Positions 8,683 through 15,599 of a DNA stretch of 24,000 nt are shown here, in pieces. Origin of the DNA: Paenibacillus xylanexedens (GTDB lineage Bacteria > Bacillota > Bacilli > Paenibacillales > Paenibacillaceae). Location of the stretch: positions 63,890 to 87,889 of the forward strand of contig NZ_JAGIKV010000015.1 in the NCBI RefSeq assembly GCF_017874615.1, in the 5' to 3' direction. The position numbers were made by a program, and so were the translations under genes. The notes below the pieces were generated by a model. It was not told where the DNA came from and ran no database searches. It saw nothing but the letters and a program-made list of their open reading frames with translations. Every line of letters begins with the position of its first letter. Position 1 is the stretch's first letter.

Positions 8683-11466
8683 CTACACCTGTTTGAATTC
8701 GATCCAGTCAATCTGGAGACCTGGTTTGGTGAAGTCCAGTTTCAATTCATACAGTCCTGCTTCAAGATCTACTTTGACAAGTTTCTGTCTGATCCATTTG
8801 CCTTCTGTACCATTCGTTTGGATGGTGGTCACCAACTGATCATTCAGGAGCAGGTTACATGCACTTTGAGCCAGTTCCGGCTCAGGGGACATGATCTGTA
8901 CGATAATCCGGTAATGGCCGGCCTGATCCACTTTCATATAGACGGGTTCAGCTACCGCAGGTTTCACCTGTGCGTTCTCAACCAGATCCTGAGCTTGTGC
9001 AGCAGATAGGGATGCATTCGCTTGGAACGAAGCGACGTTCTCCACGATCTCGTGTTTTCTGCCGGACACTGGTGCATTCATGATGAACTTGCAGATGTTA
9101 ATCGCGGAACGTTGCAGTTCTCCGCGCGTAAGTGTTCCATTTTCCAAGGATTCAATCGTGTTGTCGTCCCAGCCATTGATCTCTGCGCCGTAGTTCGGTA
9201 CAACCATGTAGAGATCATTCTGCGCACGAATCATCCAGTTGGTGTATTTGCGATCAGCCTCGCCACCTTCGGTCACATCATTCATAATCGCCCACCAGTC
9301 GGTCATTACGATTCCGTCGAAATTCCATTCGCCACGCAAAATCGTGGTGTTCAGGTCGTAGTTGGATGCCGCCCAGTGTCCGTTAACCGGGTTGTAAGAA
9401 GTCATGATGGAGTTGGCTCCGCCTTCTTTTACAGCGATTTCGAACCCTTTCAGGTAAATTTCACGCAGTGCACGTTCGGAGACAACAGCATCTACTTTAC
9501 TGCGGTGCTTCTCCTGGTTGTTGCAGGCAAAGTGTTTCAGTGTGGCATTGGAACCACCCTTCATGATACCTTTCGTACATGCTGCGGCAAATACACCCGA
9601 GATCAGTGGATCTTCAGAGAAGTACTCAAAGTTCCGGCCATTGAGCGGGCTCCGGCGGATATTGAGTCCAGGTCCGAGCAGGGTATCCACCTGATTTCTC
9701 AGCAATTCCTGTCCTTCCATCACATACAACTCTTCAACAAGATCCTTGTTCCATGTCGCCGCAAGCAACGTACCAATGGATACCTGTGTTGCTTTCTCGC
9801 CACTATCCATACGAATACCGGACGGGCCATCTGCCGTACATGCTACCGGAATACCGTAGTTAAACAGGCTGTCGCTGACACCACCAAATGCAGATGCCGT
9901 TCCCGAAGTAACGAGCGGACTGCTCATGCCTTCACCACGGACAATCGCCGCCAGATCCTGATCACTCAGTTGAGCGATGAAGGTTTCCAGACTCACTTTG
10001 CCAGCCTTAACGTCACTCAGCTTGTAGCCCTGATTACCCGTCTGCTCCAGCGTTTGCGGGAGATTCTGCTCAATCCGGTTCGCCATGGATATCTTACGTT
10101 TCGGTACTTCTGCATAAGTCAGTTCATAAGATCCATCTTCCTTGCGCGAACCTGGTTTCATCCGTGTAAAATCTTCAGTTGGGGCCATCGCTTCTTGCAG
10201 TTGCTCCACTAATTGAAGGGATTCAATCACATATCCATCCTGGCCATCAATGCTGATATGCTCCACTTGTTTCACACTGGTTCCTACATGCAGTCGGTAT
10301 GTGCCTTCTTCCAGAACATATGCGGAAGCATGACCTGTAACACCGGCATCATCGTAAGATGCCATGGCATGAATCGGGAAGCTGATCGTCAGAATTTCTG
10401 ACTCACCCGGCTGCAACAATCCTGTTTTACCAAAAGCCACCAACGCCTTCGCCGGTTGTCCCAGTTTGCCTTGTGGTGCTTCATAATAAACTTGCACAAC
10501 CTCTTTGCCCGCATATGTTGTACCTGAGTTGGTCACATTTACACGAACTTCGATGTAGGTTTCGCCGTCTTTGGACACTGATTTTGCTTCTTCGTGTTGA
10601 GCCAAAAACGTCGTATAAGACAGGCCGTAACCGAATTCAAACTGAACGCGCTCAGGTCGAAACGTTTCGAAATAACGATAACCTACATAGATATCTTCCT
10701 GATACAGGTTCTTGAACTCATTGCCGTAGTTGCTTGTCGAAGGGTAATCTTCAATGGAATAAGCAATCGTATCTGTCAGTTTACCGCTTGGTGTAACGTC
10801 CCCCGCCAGCACATCGGCAATCGCATTACCACCCTCCATACCGCCATGCCAGGAGTAAATTACACCTTGGATTGGATGTAGATACGTTTCGTTTAACCAG
10901 CTCATGTCGATGATATTTGAGACATTCAACACAACGATTGTGTGTTCAAATTGCGAAGTAACTTGCTTCAACATCGCTTTCTCATCTTCTGTCAGTTGGT
11001 AACTTCCTGGCGCATCCGCATTATCCTGGTCTTCTCCTGCTGTACGTCCAATCACGATAATGGCTTTGCTGGATTTGCTTCTGGCCTGTGCAACCAGTTC
11101 ATCCGTCAAAGGCATTTCTTTCTGATTCCATGGCTCGGCCGCCCATACTTTTCCGCCATCATCAAATGGATTTTCTTCAATCCACTTCTCATAGACAGCT
11201 GCCAGTTCTTCATTCACCGTTATATTCTTTTTGCTTCGCAGACCATCCAATAGATTCGTTGTGTAGGCCACATGTACACTACCGCCTGAACCCGTGCCGC
11301 TCCGATAATAATTGACTTGAATCCGTCCAAAAACTGAAACGTTTTCGTTTTCACGAAGTGGAAGCACTTGGCCTTCATTTCTGAGTAAAACGGCTCCTTC
11401 AGCGGCAACCGTACGACTAAACTCTGCAAACCCTTCCAATGGAACTCCGATTTGATGTGTGCTCAA
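8683..11466 (-). CDS. Beta-glucosidase-like GH3 with permuted domain order
   Basis: 927-aa ORF; GH3 C-terminal domain first (AVLLRNEGQVLPL...), then Fn3-like (KEVVQVYYEAPQGKLGQPAKALVAFGKT), then GH3 N-terminal TIM barrel (ADGPSGIRMD, LLGPGLNIRRSPLNGRNFEYFSEDPLISG, GIVMTDWWA). Confidence 0.93.
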   Translation of the reverse strand: MSTHQIGVPLEGFAEFSRTVAAEGAVLLRNEGQVLPLRENENVSVFGRIQVNYYRSGTGSGGSVHVAYTTNLLDGLRSKKNITVNEELAAVYEKWIEENPFDDGGKVWAAEPWNQKEMPLTDELVAQARSKSSKAIIVIGRTAGEDQDNADAPGSYQLTEDEKAMLKQVTSQFEHTIVVLNVSNIIDMSWLNETYLHPIQGVIYSWHGGMEGGNAIADVLAGDVTPSGKLTDTIAYSIEDYPSTSNYGNEFKNLYQEDIYVGYRYFETFRPERVQFEFGYGLSYTTFLAQHEEAKSVSKDGETYIEVRVNVTNSGTTYAGKEVVQVYYEAPQGKLGQPAKALVAFGKTGLLQPGESEILTISFPIHAMASYDDAGVTGHASAYVLEEGTYRLHVGTSVKQVEHISIDGQDGYVIESLQLVEQLQEAMAPTEDFTRMKPGSRKEDGSYELTYAEVPKRKISMANRIEQNLPQTLEQTGNQGYKLSDVKAGKVSLETFIAQLSDQDLAAIVRGEGMSSPLVTSGTASAFGGVSDSLFNYGIPVACTADGPSGIRMDSGEKATQVSIGTLLAATWNKDLVEELYVMEGQELLRNQVDTLLGPGLNIRRSPLNGRNFEYFSEDPLISGVFAAACTKGIMKGGSNATLKHFACNNQEKHRSKVDAVVSERALREIYLKGFEIAVKEGGANSIMTSYNPVNGHWAASNYDLNTTILRGEWNFDGIVMTDWWAIMNDVTEGGEADRKYTNWMIRAQNDLYMVVPNYGAEINGWDDNTIESLENGTLTRGELQRSAINICKFIMNAPVSGRKHEIVENVASFQANASLSAAQAQDLVENAQVKPAVAEPVYMKVDQAGHYRIIVQIMSPEPELAQSACNLLLNDQLVTTIQTNGTEGKWIRQKLVKVDLEAGLYELKLDFTKPGLQIDWIEFKQV

Positions 11467-11801
11467 TGATTTCCCTCCTGATTGTCATCCCCATATCTAC
11501 GAATCGCTATATATAAAATGAACTAACCAAGCGCACACTCATTTTATAAAAAGAGATTCTATGATCTGGTAGATTCACTTGTACATAGTCTCATATTAAC
11601 AGATTCTATAGAAGAAATTAAATTAGATTTGTGCTTTTGAGAAGAAATTACCCTAACGTCAAAAGTTGCAGACACAATTACGCCGTTCCACGATGTAAGA
11701 ACACGCTCATTCAATCAATTATTCGTTAAGAATACAATGATTCAAGGATAATATTTAGGGAATTATTTCCGATAAACGTATGGATAATATCTCTCATTTT
11801 G

Positions 11802-11829
11802 TTGAACTAAAAGGCTTTTGTGGTATACT
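11802..11829 (+). promoter_or_regulatory. Sigma-A-like promoter driving the structured RNA
   Basis: TTGAAC (11802-11807), 16-nt spacer, TATACT (11824-11829); predicted start near 11836. Confidence 0.7.
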
Positions 11830-11835
11830 AGTGAT

Positions 11836-12107
11836 ATCAACAAATTTGGAGCGTACTGTGCTCACCAGGGTTGCAACCCTTGGTTCCACTCCGCAGTGGA
11901 CTTTAAATAAGATGCGGAATAGAGTAATTAGTTGCATAACACACGGTAATACGGAATATACTATATTTGGACCCTTAGGGTCACTGGGGAAGGCGACCCC
12001 TAGTTCCACTCCGCGGTGGACTTTAAATAAGACGCGGAACAGAGCTTTTAGTCGCCACCATATTATAATTGTGAAGGCGCTGGTTCTATCTACCTAGCGT
12101 CTTTTTT
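11836..12107 (+). ncRNA. Tandem double-pseudoknot RNA, candidate type III-like antitoxin RNA or other regulatory RNA
   Basis: Two homologous units (11845-11936 and 11966-12056) with the same helices and compensatory changes, promoter upstream, intrinsic terminator at the 3' end. Confidence 0.7.
12074..12107 (+). terminator. Intrinsic terminator or attenuator between the RNA and the downstream CDS
   Basis: AAGGCGCTGGT (12074-12084) pairs with ACCTAGCGTCTT (12092-12103) with one bulge, followed by a T-run to 12107. Confidence 0.75.
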
Positions 12108-12139
12108 AGTTTGTAAATAGAAACTGTGAGGGAACCTAT

Positions 12140-12817
12140 ATGCTCGAAAGGATATCACATGTCCACGACTTAAACTCACTAGATGTAAAACCAAGAATAG
12201 ATCAGATTAACCTAAAATTGCTCCTCGACTACTACATAAGCTATCTATTACCATATCGATTTACATACCACTTGGGAGACGGCTCCGTACTTCACTTAGA
12301 TTTTAACAAAGAAAACTTTTGTCATCTTGTAGGCTTACAAAGTATTGTCAATAAAACTTTGAAGGAACGCGCAGCTTCAAAATATAAGGGCATGCCAGGT
12401 TTCAATGGTGTTATGAACGGTATAATTACGTTTGAAGATTTAAAAAAGAAAAACAAGGGTGGATTCAATAGTGTAAAAAGTAAATTAGTTAATTTCCATC
12501 TCATTCCCAAGCTACTTATGTCTTCAACACAAGTCGTTTACTACACTCAACCTGTTAATAGTATTAATTGTGCCCTATTAATATTTGATGTGTATCACAA
12601 TGCTTACATCCATCTTGGAATAGATAAAATAGTGGAAGGAACATATGTAGCAAGAACGTTTCTTATCGAACCGATAACACAAAAAAATTCGGGCACTACG
12701 TTCATTGATGGTCAAAAAGGACCCATACCCATTGTTAAGACCTTAAAAATGTTAAGACCCGATACACAAGTAGCCTCTACTGCTATCAACATCTCTGAAT
12801 CATCAGATAACTATTAA
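12140..12817 (+). CDS. PBECR4-domain-like putative nuclease, candidate toxin
   Basis: 225-aa ORF; SD GTGAGGG 7 nt before ATG; pattern HLDFNKENFCHLVGLQSI...ITFEDLKKKNKGGFNSVKSKLVNFHLIPKLL...VVYYTQPVNSINCALLIFD...YIHLGIDK...YVARTFLIEP recalls PBECR4 (phage Barnase-EndoU-ColicinE5/D-RelE-like nuclease 4). Family call is from memory of the pattern, not a search. Confidence 0.6.
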   Translation: MLERISHVHDLNSLDVKPRIDQINLKLLLDYYISYLLPYRFTYHLGDGSVLHLDFNKENFCHLVGLQSIVNKTLKERAASKYKGMPGFNGVMNGIITFEDLKKKNKGGFNSVKSKLVNFHLIPKLLMSSTQVVYYTQPVNSINCALLIFDVYHNAYIHLGIDKIVEGTYVARTFLIEPITQKNSGTTFIDGQKGPIPIVKTLKMLRPDTQVASTAINISESSDNY

Positions 12818-12846
12818 TGGTGTCTCATCTGGAATCGATTTCAGGT

Positions 12847-12905
12847 ACAAACTAAATAACCGTTCTCCGGTATACTACTGGAAAACGGTTATTTAGTTTG
12901 TTTTG
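12847..12905 (+). terminator. Intrinsic terminator of the PBECR4-like gene
   Basis: ACAAACTAAATAACCGTT (12847-12864) perfectly complementary to AACGGTTATTTAGTTTGT (12884-12901), then TTT. Confidence 0.85.
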
Positions 12906-12938
12906 CTACCTAGAAGGCTATAGAATTCCTTTGATATA

Positions 12939-14027
12939 TTAAGTCGTAAGTTTCGCATACACCAGGAAGAATAACATGTCTTCGCCCATGATGACATAAC
13001 CCGGAACCCGGTAGACCAGATCAACAAGGACAAATGCCACCAGTAATCCCACCATGACTGCCAGATGACGTGGCCGGAGTCGTAGATGTGCGTGTCTATA
13101 ACGATGGAACACAAGTGAGGTCGACAAGAAATACAGTAGCGCTGATCCAAATACAAATCCTATCATGAACACATAGTTTAACTGATTCTGATATAACAGC
13201 TGAATGGACGCAGCGATCATACTCATAGAGATGTAGATGAACAGATGGCCGTATATGATCGCTTGCCCGGCAGTCTGAATCTCTTTGCTGACCTTTTTCT
13301 CCACGTTGTCGAAGTATTGCCACCATATCGCAATGACAAAGATGGATGTAAAGGCGGCAAACAGAATGGATTTCATATCCCAATGATCGGCTTGCAGCAC
13401 CGCAATAATGCTTACCACCGATTCACCCAACAGGATGAGTGTAAAGAGCGCGAAACGTTCCAACAAGTGATGGGTCTGAACCGGTACCTTCACCAGATTT
13501 TTGCGTCCGATCAGCGGAAGCACAATGTCCACAGCAATCCCCGCATACAAAATCACGTAGCGTAACCAGGAATCGAAGAACAATGAACCTGATGAGATCA
13601 ATATGCCAATAAGGAAACAGATACCCAAGTAACGAGCCGCTTGCTGCTGATGCTCGCCTTTTGACTTGTGAGCCGTCAGATACTGAATCGCCGTAAATGC
13701 CCGTGAGCCGATATATCCAATGAAGAAGGACAAGTAGTATTGGTCAAAATGGGTAGAGAGGCTTGCCGTCATGACCATAACGGACAGAAGCTGAAGGATG
13801 AGGAATATTCGATGGATCAGGATATCTTGACCATAGCGGTTAATAAACAAGGTCTGACCGACCCATGCCCACCAAACAGGGATAAAAATAAGCACAAACT
13901 TCATTAAATATTCAAACGTAATTACTCCATGTTCGGCATGTAACAAGACATGACCCGCTTTGGAGACCGCTGCTACAAAGAGCAGATCGTAAAACAGCTC
14001 CAGCCAGGTAACCTTTTTCTCCATCAT
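12939..14027 (-). CDS. Low temperature requirement protein A (LtrA) family membrane protein
   Basis: 362-aa ORF; VTWLELFYDLLFVAAVSKAGH, PVWWAWVGQTLFINRYG, LLERFALFTLILLGESVVSI. Confidence 0.9.
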   Translation of the reverse strand: MMEKKVTWLELFYDLLFVAAVSKAGHVLLHAEHGVITFEYLMKFVLIFIPVWWAWVGQTLFINRYGQDILIHRIFLILQLLSVMVMTASLSTHFDQYYLSFFIGYIGSRAFTAIQYLTAHKSKGEHQQQAARYLGICFLIGILISSGSLFFDSWLRYVILYAGIAVDIVLPLIGRKNLVKVPVQTHHLLERFALFTLILLGESVVSIIAVLQADHWDMKSILFAAFTSIFVIAIWWQYFDNVEKKVSKEIQTAGQAIIYGHLFIYISMSMIAASIQLLYQNQLNYVFMIGFVFGSALLYFLSTSLVFHRYRHAHLRLRPRHLAVMVGLLVAFVLVDLVYRVPGYVIMGEDMLFFLVYAKLTT

Positions 14028-14143
14028 CCTTCGTTGCTCCTTTGGTTTTTCTCATACTACAACGCCTGTTGCTCACTCAGTACCTAAATCGCTGACTTGG
14101 TGACGCGCCCAGAGGAAAAGCTCTGAGCGCCATCTACCTTACT

Positions 14144-15097
14144 TCATTGTACTGTAGCAGGTACGAGTGTTCTTACCTCGATCGGTTGCAGATTGTCCTC
14201 AATTTGAGGGCGGTATTTCTCGAACCATTCAGGCAGCATCAATTTTTGTCCAAGCGAATCAGCAGGTTCATCTTTGGCAAAGCCCGGAGGATCTGTAGCA
14301 ATTTCAAACAGAATGCCGCCAGCTTCTCTGAAGTAGATTGCGTTAAAGTACTGACGATCCCGCACTGGAGTCGGTTGGTACCCGTAATCACGTACAGCTT
14401 CACTCCACTGTGCATGCTCTTCATCGTCTTTGGCGCGCCATGCAATATGGTGCACGGTACCTGCGCCACCCATACCCAGAGCCATACGGGTCACTGGAAC
14501 ATCTACGACATTACCGATATCCCCGCTGGACCGGAAACGAGCATACTCTTCATTTTCACTTACTCTGACAAATCCCAAAATTTTCTCAAGAGCATCCATC
14601 GTTCTTTGCGGGTTAACACTGAACAGGACAGCACCACCGAAGCCTTTGATTGCTTTATCTGTTGGAATGCCCTCGTGCGCCCAAGTGCTGGTTGCTCCCT
14701 CTTCCCGTTCAACAAGCTCAAGCCGCAGGCCTTCGCCATCTTCGAATTGAAGCAGGTCTTCATTGAAGCGACTTGTTTTGGTTACCTCAATGTTATACTG
14801 TTCCAGCCGATTCTGCCAGAAGCCAATCGATCCAGGAGGAATGACATAGGAAGTGATGCCGACCTGGCCTCCACCAATTTTCCCCCGTGGTGATCCAGCG
14901 GATGGGAAGAAGGTAATGATGGTACCTGGGCTTCCATGTTCATCGCCAAAATACAGATGATATACATCAGGTGCATCGAAGTTGATTGTTTTTTTCACCA
15001 GACGAAGTCCCAGAACTCCGGCATAAAAATCAACGTTGGCCTGTGGATCTCCTGCGAAAGCTGTAATATGGTGAATACCTGCTGTTTGAATAGTCAT
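14144..15097 (-). CDS. Ring-cleaving dioxygenase, VOC family (MhqO/LinE-like)
   Basis: 317-aa ORF; GIHHITAFAGDPQANVDFYAGVLGLRLVKKTINFDAPDVYHLYFGDEHGSPGTIITFFP, TVHHIAWRAKDDEEHAQW. Confidence 0.9.
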   Translation of the reverse strand: MTIQTAGIHHITAFAGDPQANVDFYAGVLGLRLVKKTINFDAPDVYHLYFGDEHGSPGTIITFFPSAGSPRGKIGGGQVGITSYVIPPGSIGFWQNRLEQYNIEVTKTSRFNEDLLQFEDGEGLRLELVEREEGATSTWAHEGIPTDKAIKGFGGAVLFSVNPQRTMDALEKILGFVRVSENEEYARFRSSGDIGNVVDVPVTRMALGMGGAGTVHHIAWRAKDDEEHAQWSEAVRDYGYQPTPVRDRQYFNAIYFREAGGILFEIATDPPGFAKDEPADSLGQKLMLPEWFEKYRPQIEDNLQPIEVRTLVPATVQ

Positions 15098-15144
15098 GAT
15101 TAATTCCTCCTTGGTTTGGTAAGTGATTTATAGTAAGTTTGTAT

Positions 15145-15162
15145 TATCTTTAAATTAAGATA
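15145..15162. promoter_or_regulatory. Palindromic operator, MhqR/MarR-like, site 1
   Basis: TATCTTTAAATTAAGATA, about 48 bp upstream of the dioxygenase start. Confidence 0.5.
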
Positions 15163-15183
15163 TATGGTCTGGCGAGTTATATT

Positions 15184-15414
15184 CTAGTCGTTATTTTTAT
15201 TGGCCTGTTCTTGTTTCAATTTATCAGGAGTCACGTCATCGCCGTTTGGATCATAGATGGTTGCATTCAGCAGAATGTCGTTGACCGAACCGCGAAAAGT
15301 TTGCAGATATTCCTGGCGAAGACGAACCTGTTCCTCTTTCTCCATCTCCGTCAATCCGCCCTCTTTGGCTTTTCTTGAAAGTTCATTTATTCTGGTCAAT
15401 GTTGGGATAATCAT
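15184..15414 (-). CDS. DUF896 family protein (YnzC-like)
   Basis: 76-aa ORF; IIPTLTRINELSRKAKEGGLTEMEKEEQVRLRQEYLQTFRGSVNDILLNATIYDPNGDDVTPDKL. Confidence 0.93.
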   Translation of the reverse strand: MIIPTLTRINELSRKAKEGGLTEMEKEEQVRLRQEYLQTFRGSVNDILLNATIYDPNGDDVTPDKLKQEQANKNND

Positions 15415-15478
15415 CTTGATCTCTCCTTGTGTTATGGATTAAAGATATTTGTCGGTTGCTGTTTATATTTAAATTAAA

Positions 15479-15496
15479 TATCTTAAATTAAAGATA
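15479..15496. promoter_or_regulatory. Palindromic operator, MhqR/MarR-like, site 2
   Basis: TATCTTAAATTAAAGATA upstream of the DUF896 gene; near-identical to 15145-15162. Confidence 0.5.
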
Positions 15497-15599
15497 AATG
15501 ATTTGTGAGCGGTTGTCAACTCTTTTATAAAAATTAAAAAGGGCTAGCTCCGCAGTAATTTCACTTACTACGAACCTAGCCCTTCACATATTTAATTCA

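Noticed and set aside
3875-10881. Numerous plus-strand ORFs of 60-396 aa opposite the glycosidase genes (including 9022-10212 and 6123-7151)
   Set aside because: They are antisense shadows of long, recognisable minus-strand CDSs and show no family-like motifs.
11794-12009. 71-aa minus-strand ORF across the same region
   Set aside because: Antisense to the structured RNA and overlapping its promoter; no supporting SD or family resemblance.
11885-12038. Pistol- or twister-like self-cleaving ribozyme
   Set aside because: The hairpin-loop pseudoknot followed by TTTAAATA resembles the first part of pistol, but I could not find the remaining conserved pistol helix and cleavage-site context or a twister core. 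Not excluded experimentally; an in vitro self-cleavage test would settle it.
11845-12056. CRISPR array
   Set aside because: Only two units with a 120-nt period, internal helices covary, and there are no spacers or cas genes.
11780-12097. 105-aa plus-strand ORF spanning the RNA repeats, with repeated peptides GSTPQWTLNKMRNR / SSTPRWTLNKTRNR
   Set aside because: No SD before the ATG, the promoter -10 lies inside the ORF, and the key differences between copies are non-synonymous (Q/R, M/T) but exactly compensate RNA pairing. The peptide repeat follows from 120 being divisible by 3.
12939-14027. LtrA-family gene as a third component of the PBECR4 cassette
   Set aside because: It is on the opposite strand, separated by an 18-bp terminator, and is a common housekeeping-type membrane protein; no evidence of functional linkage.
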